Below the pieces are notes generated by a model. That model did no database searches. It saw nothing but the letters and a program-made list of their open reading frames with translations, and had not been told where the DNA came from. Made by a program: the position numbers and the translations under genes. A DNA stretch of 64,000 bases, taken from Podarcis melisellensis (Eukaryota). The DNA is taken from NCBI GenBank assembly GCA_964234715.1, contig OZ174278.1. One strand, given 5' to 3'. Positions 22,924 through 37,620 of this stretch are shown in pieces; positions within the stretch are counted from its first letter, which is position 1, and the number at the start of each line of letters is the position of its first letter.

Positions 22924-23465
22924 CAGGGGTCGGCAAACTACGGTTCCCGGGCTGGATCAGGCCCAATTGCGTTCAGGACAGCCCGCGGACTGTCTGTGGA
23001 TCGGCGTGGGGTTTCTGTTTGTTCAGGTGGTGCCATCCCCCCAAACTCACACACCACGGCAGCGCCTCCTCCTCCCTCCCTCCTCCTGGCTTCTCCCCGC
23101 CCTGCTAGAGAAGGAAGGGGGCTGGGCTGAGCTGGCTGAGCACCATTTTAAGCAGCCCCTCTACGGAGACAGCCCCTTCGCGCTGCTCATCTTCCCTCCA
23201 CTGTTGCTGTTGCTGCCCTGGTGTTTCTGTGGGCCAGAGAGTGGAGCGGACGAGATCACTCTGCCTACTCACGAGAAGCGGCAGCAGAAGTGGAGGCGGC
23301 AGCAGCAGCAGCTCCTGAGAATTTAAGCACAGCGGCAGGGGGTGGGGAGTGGGGAAGAGGACCCCTTGCCTCTTCTTCCAGCCCCCCCATCCCGCTTCTC
23401 CAGCCTGCCACAAGGTCTGAGGGACAGTGGACTGGCCCGCGGCTAAAAAATGCTGCCAACCCCTG
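22924..23465. mobile_element. hAT-Charlie-type MITE
   Basis: TIRs caggggtcggca / tgccaacccctg; 8-bp TSD ctctagcc at 22916-22923 and 23466-23473. Confidence 0.9.
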
Positions 23466-26400
23466 CTCTAGCCATCACTAATCTCCTCTAGAGAAGCACA
23501 GTGCAACTGCCCAAACTCTGCAGTGCTGAAACTCAGGTAGTGTTCTCTTCCAGTTCCCAAACAGAGAATTGCCCTGCAGAGTCAAAGGTCCATCTCATCT
23601 TAGCTTGCTTGCTGTTTCCAACAGTCATCAGCCCAATGCCGCCCAGAACCTGACAGGCATCACATGAATGCAAAAGTCAAGCTCAGTGTTCATCCCCAGG
23701 ATCTCATGCTGATGGAGAGATAAGTATTGCATGTAGCCATATGTAGCCACCGACATAAAAGCAGACCCCTGCCAGGATATAACTGTGCCCCTAGATCAGG
23801 AGCCTGAACGCCTAGACAAAGAGAGACCACTAATATTCCTGACATTAAGCATGTCTGAGGCAGTCTCTATCCCAGTACATTGGTTTAACCAGAAATGCTG
23901 TTTGTAGACTGGAACAAATAAATCAGTGAATACTAAAAGACATGTGTGCACTTGATAGTTTACAAATGTTTCTGCAGCATCATGCCCTCAGGCCTTACAG
24001 AAAATCTATTTTCAGGTGATTCGGAAACAGCTTTCCCATTTCTTTCACCTGCAAAAATGTTTGCTAAACAAGAGTCACCTGTGAATGGCATTTTGCTAAA
24101 ATCAAATGTAAGGGTAACGTTAATTATGTCCACAGATGGTGAAGCATTATGATTGTGTTATGGGAATATAAATGGCAAGTTACTATTTCTTAATGTATGC
24201 CTTCTTTACCAACAACCCAACAACTCCATAATGATTTGACCTGCACAAAATAATATGCTATGGTGACATTGATAAAGAATCTATTTTTTCTTGATGCAAG
24301 GTTTCTTTTTAACAGCCAGACCATTTTTATATTTTTCCTTTATTTACTTTGTAACCATTAATGATGGAAAGAAAGTAGTTGAAAAACATTTCCTGTTCAT
24401 TACTTGGTCAGGGAATATATGTATCACATGAGGAAAATATATAACTTCAAAGCACTGAAACAAATTCATTATTACTGGACATGGGCTTGAAAATTGCCTG
24501 ACATGTTTTTTGAACTCCCTCCTCCCAAATGCCACCAGAATCTGTTCTCGCAGCAGAAAATGCATATTTGCTGTTATATATAGGTATTCCAGATAGGTAT
24601 CAGGTTTGGAAATATGATATCCATCACTAGATCCACGAAAAAGATGTAGTTTGTACAGATTTAAACCAAATACATGCAATAGTTCTTCAGAACTGCCTAA
24701 ACTTAAACATCTTCTCTATAAGGGGGACAACGTGTTGTGGAATTAATTGCACATATCACAGCCACTTAGAGCAAGATGACCGGGCCCTATATTGAGCCCG
24801 ATGTGGTCGCATGACAGCAGTGAGACTGGCTCAGGGATTGAATAGATCCCAGGCGGGCCCAGCCCAGCCCCTCCCTAACCTTCAGGTGCCCCATGTCAAG
24901 GCTTTCTGCTGGCCCCGACTGCCAGGGATTGAACTAGTGGCCAGAGTGGGGCTGACAGTAGAAGGCCAGCTTATCTGAAGGAGATGAGTGCAGGGACACC
25001 TCCACTCATCCCAGCCCCCAGCCCCCAGTCCAGCAGAAGAGGTGTTTGGATCACTCCACCCAGTGGAAGAAAGTAAATGGTGGCCATTAAGGACACCACT
25101 GGGCTCAAATTGCTCTTCCAGCCATTGTGAATCAAGGCAGACCCTATCTAAATATCCCAAATCATAACGCTTTACTTAGTCACAATAGAACAGGGGTGGA
25201 GAACTGGACCCAGCAAGTGGGTTATTCCCCTATGAAAGACCCAACAATGTGTCACATTGTATTGCAGGGGTGGAAAACCTTCAGAATGGAAGGGGTGCCA
25301 AAGCACCCTTTATCCAATGAATTGTCTCTAAGTAACATTGCAACACATTGTCAACACAACATGTTTATTAGAAAGCAAAATTGCCAAATGGTTGGTATTG
25401 ATCATGACCTCTGAAACAGTTGGCAACAAACAGTGAAAGTGAAATATGTTGAAATCAAATAATTCAAGGGAATGAGGCAGCTTTCCTACTTCAGGTATCA
25501 TATCCCACAAGAACGACCACCTGAAAACGTTGAGCAGCACAGAACAGCAAAAACAAGTGTTCCATCAAATACCTGGGGAGCTAAACAGCAAGTAAGAATA
25601 GCATCTCGCTAGAGAAGAGTGTATCCACTATATACTGGAGTGATTCATAAATATCCCAGCTGCTCCTCTGAATATTTTATGCATCCTTATTAGGTTGGAT
25701 TTGTTATGCAGCTGGCCTATCACATCACATCACATCAAATCTAGCTTTGTAAGACTTTTTTTAAAAAATACAAAAATCATATTGTGCAATTCGTGTACTA
25801 TTCCATTCCTCTACAATAAACCCTAAGCCTGTGTTAAATATTAGTGCTTATCACTGAATGACGTTGAAGTGCAAGGAAGTTCAGCATCTACCTCCACTCC
25901 CCTGGCTGGCTACTGAATCCTAGAGGGAAGCCAGAAGAGAAGGTTCTTTCCACTTGCCAGGTAGTGCTCTCTCGCTTGCTCTCACACAGTGGGGTGTACA
26001 AGGAAAATCAATGCCTGAACCTGCTAACTAATATATTCCTGATTTGCCTGTCTGGCAGGTCTGATCTATGGGCACTACCTATGCTGATCGTAGCCTTGCT
26101 TCAAGTATTATCCTTCTAAAGCTTAAATAAATCCATCTACATATTGTTTCTCTGAAACTGCATAGTGTGCTGTGATACAGAGTATGTGATAAATCAGTAC
26201 TTTTCATTTGCATATATTATATCAATAAATACCAGCTCAGTTTTGGTCTGTTGAGAATTATCTAGCTATGTTACCAATCAATATAGTATATTTTCTTAAT
26301 TTCCTCTTGGGCGGATATACTGGTTCTCTTTTTTTCAAACCATCTATGAAAGGTTAAAAATGTCTGTACTGTACACTAATTTCTAACCATGAGTGAAGGG

Positions 26401-29170
26401 TGCTGGGAATAAGTATTGTGTCTTGCCTTGACTTTTGTTTTGCTTTTTTGCATTCCACAATCTTGATATGAAATATTCAAAGCATGCATATCAAAAATAG
26501 GTAATTTTGCCAAGACTGGATATTTCTGTAAGGCTTATACCCTAGGGGGAAATCTAGGCTGCTGGATATAATACTTTTTCATGATTAGATTGTCCAACCT
26601 AGGCACATTAAAACCTTAGAAATTAGAGATGCCACTGAGTTTCTTCTGAAGAGACATTTTAGGAGAGTTTAGAGGATCATTGGAGGAATTCTGAGGAAAG
26701 GGAAAAGTGTGTTGCTAAGCATGAGGGAAAACTAGAGTTTCATGTCACTGCTGCTGCTTCGAAGGGAAGCCTCACAAGGATCTATCTGTTGAGAGTTCTC
26801 ACTAAAAATATGCCTTGTCCATTCATGCAGACAGTGTTGGCTCCACATTTTGGGAGACCCTGGACACAATTCCCTTAGTGGGAGCCTCCCAGAGAGGGTC
26901 CACTTTCCTAGGGGCACCTACCCACTCCATGGTCCCCACTGCCCATTGGCTTGAACTTTCCTCCTGGACCCAATGTTCCCCTTAGCTCAGAAAGAGAAGG
27001 GAAAGGAAATGGAGATGTTTGCTTCTTCTATTTGGTCTTTCTTTTGCTTGCACACTGGGAGAAACAGCAAGCAAGGGGAAGAGCAGGTCCAGAGGTTCTG
27101 GGCATCAACACAGGCCCCAGCAGGTGCCCAGCAATCCAAACTCCCTGATAATGGCCCTGTATGCAGAAGACCCTGAGATGTTTTTCTCCTGTGTCTTATC
27201 AAACCATTTTTTCTTTCCCTGAAAATTCTTCATGAGTTTATTCCACAGATGAACATATAATACGCTTCAAAATTCTGATGCATTCAAAATTTCATAGCAA
27301 CTCTAGTTCCAGGTCTTGTAATTATATATATGTGGTCCCCCCCCTCACTGCCATATTACATCAGTTGTGGATGGCCAGCCCTGCCTGTTTGTTGAATCTT
27401 TGAAGAAAGCTGATCATGAGCTCTTCCCAAACCAGTTATCAAGTGGCCCGAATCTATCTTCCCATTCTTTGCACATCTGGCAAGATGCGATTTTCACAAG
27501 AAACCCGTGGCACAGCTGCAGAACAGCATGGAAAGCTCTATGGATGTGAGGGAACTCATTGGCAGGCAAAATGATCAAAATGCAGGTCAAGTGAAAGTGT
27601 AGAGGAGCCCTTAGCCTCAATGTGCACATTAGCCTGGGAGGTGCAGATGAAGTCATTTCATATCTGAATTCACAAAAATTGAATTCCACATGCATTCATG
27701 GTCTCAGGTACTCACTTGCAGAGAACTTTCCTAATCTTTACCAGCTAGTGCAGAAAATGTCAGCAATGGAACAGGAGCAGAGTGGATAGAAATATCTGTG
27801 CACATTTGTCAGATCCAGTTGCCAAAGAGGCATTTAGTGTGTTCACAGCAAAGTAAATTCTCATTTTCTTTCATTTTTAAATAGCTAGGAGGAGGGGAAC
27901 AGGTGGTAGGATGACCATCACCCTGTGAACCCACCTGCCCTGGGCAAGCATTCCTAAATTGAACCTTGGAAGTTAATCTCTTCCTCATTTTCTGCATTGT
28001 ATGGAGACATGAAGGTTTTATAGCTCGATCCATCTAATTTTACTTAGATTTTGAGAGTGGTGCCTTGAAAATTACCACTTGTTGAGAGAGCAAATAAACT
28101 CTGTGGCAATGACTCTTACCCAAGAGAAGCTCCACACAATATGCAGAAGAAATAATGGGGAAGGCTTGCTGTTTAAAGCCTTTTACTCAAACTAGTAATA
28201 TCCCATCAAAGAAACAAGCTTGAATTGCACAGTTTATATTATGTGTGGCCTGGGGGCCATTCAGTTGTTTGTGCATCCAAAGCGAAGTGGCCAGCTTTTC
28301 TGAACCAATTGTTCCGTCTTATTTTCCTGGCAGATGCTATTCTCTCTTTATTTTATGGTTCATCTATTAATGTTCTATTCTGAGCTCATGTCTGCCTTTA
28401 ATGTTCAATACAAAAGCTAATTGTTCTTTCAAGCTGCTTCTTTGTCTTCTTCTTTTTTTAAAAAGAAACCTTGATGTTTCATAAACTGAGCTGCAAATTA
28501 GGAGAAAGATAAATGATGCATATTTTAAAAACAGCAGTCCTCTTCATCTTCCAGCAACAAATGTGCAGACTTTAAAGATAACAGCCTTGATATTTGCACC
28601 TCTATTATTCTACAAGTAGCTCATCACCTTTGTACTTTTTTTTAACTATAGGAAATATATAATGAACTTGCTTCTGTTGAAGTAAGCAACTTTGGCACTA
28701 TGGTCAGAGAAGGAAATCCCAGAGGACTGTGCCCATAAATAATAATTATTACTGATTACAAGCATTCTTCTGAATTCTACAGTGCATGCAACTATTACTG
28801 CCTTTTGAAACATCAGCTCCTCCATCTCCTTCAGCCAATGAAGACAGAACAGAAGTGGAGAAGGCAGATGCTATTATTATTTATTAATTATTTTATTAAT
28901 AATTTATATTAATTAATAACCCTATTAAATGGATTTATGGCACTGTACCTTTTTGTGAAAGACAAAAATAGAAATAATAATGCATTTTTAAAACGCCACA
29001 ATAAAACCCCAAAACCACAGAGATAAAAAACAAACTATTTAACTGCAGTCAAATTCAGTTTTCAGGAGGGAAAATATGATTCTGTGTTGCTGTGATGGGG
29101 GAGTACATCAACATCCTGACACCAAGACATCTGGCCAGTCAGGAAGCAGTGGGCATAAACCAATATTAAA

Positions 29171-29292
29171 ATCTTAGAGTTGGAAGGGACCCCCGGGATC
29201 ATCTAGTCCCCTGCAATGCAGGGATCTCAGCTAAAGCATCCCGGACAGAGGGCCATCCAACCTCTGCTTAAAAACCTCCAGGGAAGGAGAGT
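29171..29292 (-). mobile_element. CR1 3' tail, followed directly by a hAT-like end (cagggatgagaaa, 29293 to about 29400)
   Basis: 'agagttggaagggaccccc..atctagtc..ccatccaacctctgcttaaaaacctcc'. Confidence 0.8.
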
Positions 29293-30628
29293 CAGGGATG
29301 AGAAATCTCAGGCCCAGCGAAACGTGGCCCCCTAGCCTTTCTGTTTGGCCCTCGGGATTCTCCCCAAGGCCACACGTTATTTGCAGCCACATCCTTTGCC
29401 TGCCCTGCTTTACACCCATCTGACAGGAATATTTCCTGCATCTCTGACAATGTTCCTTGTTTATCTGGATGGAGGATACGAAAGGTGTGTGAAGAAACTA
29501 GCCTACTCTGCAAAGGCAAAACTCCACGTAGGAGTGCTAAGGATTAAGCGGTACAGAAATGCCTTAAAATAAACTAATAAAATTCACTTTTATAACATAT
29601 TTGCTATTCATTTTCATCAGAAATTTCAACTCACAGTTTCAATATCTGCCACTATCTTCTTGCTTCCTATCCCTCCCTCGTCTCTTTTCTCTCTTTCTCC
29701 CATTTGAGACTTTCCTTGTTGACCTTTTAAGCATAGCATTAAGTGCCACTCTGTTGCTAGGCATGCAAACAGGTTTGATTGTGGGGATTGTGAGGATGGC
29801 TGGTGTCAAGGCTGTTGTCCTCCCGGCCTCAAATCAAGGGGTGGAAGAAGCCTCACCTGAGGCAGCTGCCTTTTCTCTGAGATGAAATGCTTTTGGTTCC
29901 CCAAACTCCCACTTCCTCTCACCTATTTGACAGCATCTGTCCTGCTTCCAATGGCCAAGGAGTTGAGGCCAGAACGGCACAGAAGAGTCATGGAAACATT
30001 TGGAAAGAGTCAGCTCTGGGAAGCGTTAATCACTGTAGCCACACTTGTCCAGGAGTTTCCACTTGAGAAGGAATACTGCTCATAACCATCTGGGTGGATG
30101 GGTGGGTGGAATCAACACAGAGAAATGCTGCCACATGGATGAGGTTGGATGTAGGAAAGCCTTTGTGTGGATAAAAGAAGTGCTAAGCAGTGTGAGAGAT
30201 GCTTGCCTTTTGTTCTTGATTCCCCCTCCCCCCAGTACTAAAAACAAGGCTTGCTTTATCTTCTTCTGTCATCTCTTTCACAGTGGCAGCCAAGCTCTTT
30301 ACTCTTTAGCAGTACCTAAACAGAAGACACTCCTTCAATTAGGATGTGAAGGAAAGAAAAGGGTAGGAACGAAAGGAAGCTTTGTTTTGTAAGTTAGCCC
30401 CTTGTGCCAGAAAGATGTTTGGGCAAAGCCATTGTTCTCGCACCAGCAGATTCCAATTTACTAGCCATCCTGCAGAGAAGATACTGTAAGGCACTTCTGA
30501 AATAAAATTACTTGGCTGGTTTCACAACATTCCTTGTCATTCTTATCTTCTGATGCTTAGGAATAGAATGAGAGGTATAACTCTTTTTTCCAGGCTTAAG
30601 TACTGTTTATTTTCTGAAAGTCTTTTAT

Positions 30629-30652
30629 AATCATCATCATCATCATCATCAT
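30629..30652. repeat. (CAT)n microsatellite
   Basis: About 7 units. Confidence 0.85.
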
Positions 30653-33588
30653 AGAAACTAAACTCCCAACTCTACTTTCAGAGTTTAAAAAATGGAACAT
30701 GAACATGTGTGAAATAGTAAGTTGCTAGAATTGCAAAAATCAGTTGACCACTCAAGACTTATACTGGACTGCCAGATGATCAATGCTTTGACTGTTTGGG
30801 ATTTTGCAGAGCCATTCTCCTAGAGTATAGAGTATACTTTTAATACATTTGTCCTGGAATGATATTTGGCAGGGGTAGCTGAATATGATTTTTATTTACA
30901 CTTTTGACACTAGGCAAATGCATTCTGTTTCTTTCACTGCTGCTGTGGTTTAATTATTTGCTTGTCTCTGTGTAATGTGTGTGTTTGTGTGTGTTGTGTT
31001 TTATTTAATCCACCCTGGAAGCTTGTTTGAAGTGTGATATACAAATTCAGATAAAAAGCACAATTCTCATGCATTTTGGAACTATTTTCTGCAACAACTT
31101 TGAATCAGCTGGAGAACATATTATCCATGTGAATATTTTTTTTTTATCACCTCATGCAATAAACCTCCTGGTGATTTCCAAGAAATATGACTAGATACCG
31201 TGCTTTGTAATGGTCCATCGTCCTGGCCCCAAGCGGTCACAGCTAAAAGACCCTAAAAGGCTCTATGGGGTCTCCTCCTCCACATTCCAGCTGCCTTGGG
31301 TGCATGGTATAAGCAACCTGAGCGTAGGGATCAACAAATCTCTCTATTTTGGTTTCTCTCTGTTTCTTATTTTTTAAAACTTAATTTCAATTCTCTACAG
31401 TTCTGTATCAGATCACTTTTTTAAAAGTTCTCATGAAATTTCATCAGTACTTTACTACATATTTCTTCTAATAGACATGTTCCTCCTGCTCAATAAATTT
31501 TCCCCAATATAATGCATCTTTATGTTATTGTCACTAATATCTGCAATGGATGCATAGTTTCCTGCCCATAAGGACATAAGAAGGTGGCCCCTCGAGTCCA
31601 GTATTCAGTTCTCAGCGTGGCCACCCTGGGGCTTGCAGGAAACCGGCAAGGACAGTAATACTCTCCCTTCCTGCAGTTTCATAAAACTGATCTCTGCATC
31701 ATCGCACACATTATTTGAATGGAAAACTGCACTGAAAAATTTGAAGTAATGCATATTTTGAAGGAATGCTTCTGTTCATGCATTGTTTCTGGGAGTATGA
31801 CTTAGGTAGGTTCACCTTTAGATGCAAACTGAGGTGAATACCTGAGATGCATACCAATCCCTACCATGTTTGGTTGTACTCTGCTCTATCGCCATCAGCT
31901 CCCAGAGTGATCCAGAACTGGCATGGGGTGCAGATGCATAATCTACCCCCTGACGTACTTTATTCATTTTCAGTCTTTGATGTCAGCCCTTTGGAAATGG
32001 CAATTACGCCACTCAGCTAACATTAAGTACTATAAAGTTGAGTTTTCAGATGAGACTTTCAAAGGCAAGGCATGGTTTTTAATTATCTGGTTAACTTTAT
32101 TTATTTGCTGAATTACATGTGCATGGTTTTAACAATATATGTTCTCTGGGTAGTGCAAAAAAGTAAAAGAATAAAATATATAGTATTAAAAATAAAAACC
32201 ATAAAAGCAGCATACAAATTTCTTCATTCTGGCAAATAAGCAATAGGTCAATTAATATCAAGGATATACAATAAAACAACAAAATACAGTAAATTAAGAA
32301 GCCCAGATTAGTTGAAGTTGTTCAGAAAGGCCTGCGAAGGAAGAAGAAAGTTCTTTGCCTGGGGCTGAAAAGACCGTACGGATGCGTGCCTGGTGAGCCT
32401 CCCTGAGAAGGCTGTTCCATAAGTGGACTGACACGGACAGCAATATGCTCAAGAGCCCTGGTGCATATGCGTGCTGCTTTATGGGGTGCTGGTCTGACTT
32501 TGAAAACCTTCCATTTGAGGCTGGAACAAAAGGGAAGTGTTGTGTTTCACTGATTTCTCCAGTTTTGTGTTCTCCAGTTGAATGAAACCCCTTTCCAGTT
32601 CCAATATGCCTACAACAGTGCAGAAGCCACTTGTCCATGGCTTCAGCTTTTGCTACAGTGGCAGCATTTGAAAAGTCAGGACTCCATGGGTGAGGCTAGT
32701 TATGCCTGGCTGTCTCACTGTATGGTTTCTCGGGAGTTAATACAAACTGCTCCAGATTAATTCCAGCAACATCTCAGAGTGCTTTGTTGTTCTCAAAACA
32801 TAATATGCATAGTGCTAGAGGAGGAAGAGGTCACCCCAAGTAAAAGCTGTTCCTTTGGAGAAAATAGCTTTTCTAGATTTTGTTAAATACTGAGGGTTTC
32901 TCATCAACAAAGAAGAGTAACAGGAGCATCACAGTAGCTGCTGAAGAGATTGTCAGGATCCTTCCTCTGGAAATATTGATTGCAGGCAGCCATTGGCTCC
33001 AATAGCCTCGGAAAGGAAATGACATTTCCATATGCAGTTGCTATTCTGAATAGATACTGTGCATACCAAATCCTCATCAATTTGTAACCAACAAAAGGGG
33101 GGGGGGGAATTGATTTCTTTTCAGAGACCATTTCTATCCTACGATGTTGCTGCTGAAATAGCACCAAAAAACACTGACATCTTTTAGTCACAGATCAAAG
33201 CCTTTTTTTAAAAGGGAGAACTTTGCTTTTGTCAGAAGAATTTGAAATGTTTAATTTTCTCTATAGGAAATGCTATGATAAGGCACAAATCCTTGAAAAC
33301 AATCTCTCCTCTATCTCACTGTGGTATTTCAAAAGGGCAGCTCAGGTATTTATACTGAATAACAAAGATATTGCAAAGGATCTAAACGTCTTCTGACAAC
33401 TGCGGACCACGTTTCACACTGTGGATTTGGGAGTGTGCATGTTGGGAGGAGATCCTATAGCCCTACAAGAACCAAAATTGAGCAACATCAGAAATAAACA
33501 AACAGTTCAACGGGACAATGCAAATTTAGCACTTAAGATTAGGAGAAGGCAGGACAAAGTATAGGTGCCATGCAATTCTCCAACAATG

Positions 33589-33835
33589 AGAAGAAGAGGA
33601 GTTTGGATTTGATATCCCGCTTTATCACTACCCGAAGGAGTCTCAAAGTGGCTACCATTCTCCTTTCCCTTCCTCCCCCACAACAAACACTCTGTGAGGT
33701 GAGTGGGGCTGAGAGACTTCAAAGAAGTGTGACTGGCCCAAGGTCACCCAGCAGCTGCATGTGGAGGAGCGGAGACGCAAACCCGGTTCCCCAGATTACG
33801 AGACTACCGCTCTTAACCACTACACCTCACTGGGT
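33589..33835 (-). mobile_element. Squam3-type tRNA-derived SINE (MIR/Ther-1-related), near full length
   Basis: Reverse A box 'taaccactacacc', reverse B box 'gcaaacc', CORE-like 'ctgtgaggtgagtggggctgagag..gactggcccaaggtcacccagc', (CTT)n-type tail. Confidence 0.85.
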
Positions 33836-36789
33836 GCTAGGTTTCTCATTGGTTATTATCCACGGCTGTAATATTTTGATAGCTCATAATAATATGGATT
33901 CCATGCGGATATCCATAAACTGCACACTTTCTGTAGGACAATGGGTGTCAGAAAATTCTCCCACGCAAGTGTAATGAATGGGAGGTGAGAAAGAGTGCAG
34001 CTTCCATTTATGTCAGTGATACTTGCGCAGGAGTAAGAACGGCAGTGAGTGGGAAGTGGAATGGTGCAGATGCTGGTGCTACACTTCTTAATTATGAATG
34101 GCTGCTATTAAATTCCTGAGAAATTTGTGTTGCTAAAATACAAATATTTAAACCAGAGTGTGGTATTTTATATTTCCTTTCTGCAAAATGTATATTGTTG
34201 TTAGCCCTCCTATGCACTTAGGATTACCATAACTAGACTCTACAATTACATTTATTCTTTTACACTATAGGGGTAAATTGTTCTGTGATGTTTCAGTCCC
34301 CGTCCCCAACTGATACATTCCTACAGAGTGGTTTTAGATACTACTTGTTTCAATAAAACTTTTAAAATATTTATTATTATTATTGAAATTAATTTTTATT
34401 TATCTTTTAAACCACAATCTCAAGATAATTTGCAAATCAAATATTTAAAAACAGTTAAAAATGCAGCACAACCATGCATCTAAAACAAGACTAAAACCCT
34501 AAAAAGTGGTCACCTGGTAAGGAATCTGATGAAACGAGGAGGATTTTTACATCTGTACTGTTCTCATTTTGTTCACACTAATAAATATGTAATTTCATAC
34601 TCAATGTAAATACAAATTTGGGGATGTATGAAGAAATCAAAAAGGAGCACTCAGTTCAAATGGGGTGATGGAAAATGGAGGGAGGGGAGAGAGAGGTGCT
34701 TCAACCCAGCATGGCATGATTTTCAACACAATATATGTCCCCATTTCTCCAAGCATCCCTAGAAAAAAACTCAACTTTTCTGTGAGGCATTTTGGTTTGA
34801 TCTTGATTCCAAGCTGTCATCCTTTTAAGTGTGTGTAGTTGTATTTGCCGCATTCATCCCTCCCTATTTTTGTGCCCCTCCTCCATCTCCCAACTGTCTG
34901 TTTTAGATTGCAAGTTTTCTGGGATAGGGACCCTAGTAATTTTTGCCTGTGACATTTTGTAAGCCACCATATACACTGATGGTGTTCTAAAAATAAATAA
35001 TGGAAACAGAATACTGAATAAGTTTTCTCCGAACTTTAAATTTTCATGAATAATTAACCGCAATGCTGTATATTTTGAGTTTCGATTTCTGGCATGTTTA
35101 CTCCCCCCATCCCCATGTAACTAACAATATTCCTATAAGGATTCTTTTCATCCCACACTTACTTATCTGTACTCTCAACTCCAACTTCCTCTTAATGAAT
35201 ATTTTTGTCGGCAAATTTCCTCAGGGCTTTAAAACTAAATCTTAATGTAATTTTCTTCAAATATAGCCTTTCCAAGGGTTTTCAAGAAGATTTAGCTATA
35301 TGGAAATTCTGAAAGGGTGCTTATGTGGCCTTTTTCGCTAAAGGGGTTTCTTAAAAAAATACTATACCCAACCTTCGGAAAGGATTAGTTCTTGCTCTTA
35401 ACTGATTATAGCTTCTAAGCAGTTTGGCATACTTCCACATCACTTTTGCACAAACTATGTAAAAGTATGTAGTTCTCTAGTTGTGGTTGAAAGCATATTA
35501 TCAAAAATATAGACTTTCATGTTAACTTTTATGGTTTTCCACATTAGCAAGCCCCGTGCAATCAGAGGGAAGCAGCCGCCTTGCCCATGTCTTTGGGTGG
35601 ACAATGTGTTTGGACTTTGGGAATGCTACAGGGGAGGTGGCAGGCATGGGGTGACTTGGGTTTTTATCTGGGATTTGAGAATTCTGTGGCAAAACCTCCA
35701 GCTCTGATAAAGATCTTCAATAAAAATTGAATAAGGACAGGCTGAAAAAATAGTCTCATTCAAAAGAAGATTAAAGTGGAGCATGCTGATTTTTTTTTTT
35801 TTTTAAAGAAAAGGATCAATTGCTAATAATATGTCCTGGAAAGGAGAGGACAAGAGCAGGAGCAATGCTTTTAAATATCTTGTGGGGATTACTTAGGTTA
35901 AACAATAAAGTTGGTGAAAGACAATATATAGGTTATCCTGCTGCTAGCAAAAATAGAAATTCTGCATTTTTCTTCTCTCCTGCCACGCTTAGCAAAACAA
36001 CACATGTTATGTCACCACCAGTTTCACTGTCCCCTGCTACACTTCACAGGGAACAGATGGCCACTTGCAACTGTAAGGAGCCTTGTAGTGCCTGAGCTTT
36101 AATTATAGACATTACTAGAAGACGACAAAATGCAGGGCAGCCATGCACCCTCCATAATTTCTAAAACAATAAATCACTTACATGTAAATTCTGCATTGAA
36201 CATAAAACATACCTTACACAGGTACAGTAGGTGGAAAACTCTATTAAGCAATGTGTAAGATTGTGCATGCAACAGTTTGCCTGTGTGTCTACATTTCAGG
36301 CAGCAGTTCGAAGAGTCTTCCAGGCTCATTCCTGTCTGAGTGTCTTGCCAAATTGGGTCTTTAAGAAACAGGGGGTGGGGGGAGAGAATGCACACACAAT
36401 AAAGTTTGTGAATCAAATTTAAAGAGAGAGTCTCCTAAAGGGAGACGGGAAGGATTTCATAGAAATCACTAAAATGAAAATGCCTCATTTGAATGCATTT
36501 CCCTCATTTCCTTGCATCCACTTAGAAAGTATGCTGCCACATGGCGGAAATCTTCCAGTGTGATATTTCCAGGGCCTTGAATCTGCATGCAACAGACCTA
36601 TGCTGCAGACATCCTGCTGGATCCAGCAGATGAAGGCTGGGCCATAGTGTTCTGGCTCTGGGCTGCTGAAATACTTAGGCTGAACAACATCAAAACAAAG
36701 CCCTTTCACTTTGAAAAGCAAGGGAGTAGAGATCATCCAGTACAGTTGTTCTGAAGTCCTCTACATACTTTTTTTTGCTAGAGTTACAA

Positions 36790-37620
36790 GTTGGTAGATC
36801 TGGGGAATGCTGTGGACATAGTTTACCTCGATTTCAGTAAGGCTTTTGCCAAGCCTTATGAGGGACAGTTGAAGGAGGTAGGTATGTTTAGCCTGGAAAA
36901 GAGGAGACAGAGAAGATATGATGCCTATCTTCAAATATCTGAAGGGCTGTCACATGGAGGAGAGAGCAAGCTTGTTTTCTCCTGCTCTGGAGAGTAGGAC
37001 CCAAACCAATGGCTTCAAGTTGCAAGAAGAGAGATTCTGACTAAACATCAGGAAGAACTTTCTGACAGTAAGAGCTGTTTGACTGTGGAATGGAAGGTGG
37101 TGGACCTTCTTTCCTCGGAGGCTTTTAAGCAGAAGTTGAATGACCACTTGTCATGTACGATTTAGTTGAGATTCCTGCATTGCTGGGGGTTGGACTAGAT
37201 GTCCCTTAGGGTTCTGTTATGTACTGAATTGAATAGGATCCAAACTGCAGCAGTCTGATTGGTCCTAGAACAATAGGATCCAAAAGGCAGCAGTCTGATT
37301 GGTCCTAGAACAATAGGATTCAGAATGCAGCAGTCTGATTGGTCTTAGAACAATGCAGCAGTATGATTGGTTGGCAGGAACCACCCAATCATGCTCCAGA
37401 TAGAAGTGAATCCAGAACCTGATTGGCTTACAGTAGAATTCCAGAATTAGCCAATCATGTGCAGCCCATTGTGTAAATAATGTATATAAAGCAGATACTT
37501 TGAGGGGACTTTCATTCATTCCTCCTCACCACTATGAGCTGAATAAAGAGCATGAAATCACTTTGCGACTCTGAGTATATTTCAGGTTCTTTCCAACTCT
37601 ACAGTTCTATGATTCTATGA
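36790..37620 (+). mobile_element. CR1 LINE (internally deleted), 3' tail interrupted by a solo LTR
   Basis: 'VDLGNAVDIVYLDFSKAF' joined to 'GMFSLEKRR'; tail 'ttccaactctacagttctatgattctatga' resumes after 37589. Confidence 0.88.
37215..37584 (+). mobile_element. Solo LTR (Gypsy-like)
   Basis: TG...CA ends, 5-bp TSD ggttc (37210-37214, 37585-37589), TATATAAA at about 37483, AATAAA at about 37542; first 14 nt identical to the LTRs at 16072 and 18122. Confidence 0.9.

Noticed and set aside
23600-23635. Minus-strand CTGATGA-ctgttg-GAAAC
   Set aside because: No viable stem II and no stem I or cleavage-site geometry.
24716-24763. 'tataagggggacaac...tcacagcc' resembling 12936-12995 of the ribozyme unit
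   Set aside because: Only two short word matches with different spacing and no hammerhead nearby; compatible with chance.
33760-33835. tRNA-like A/B boxes (also in the Sauria SINE heads)
   Set aside because: These are SINE heads, not tRNA genes.
37230-37375. Regularly spaced repeats superficially like a CRISPR array
   Set aside because: Head-to-tail tandem units without unique spacers, inside a eukaryotic LTR.
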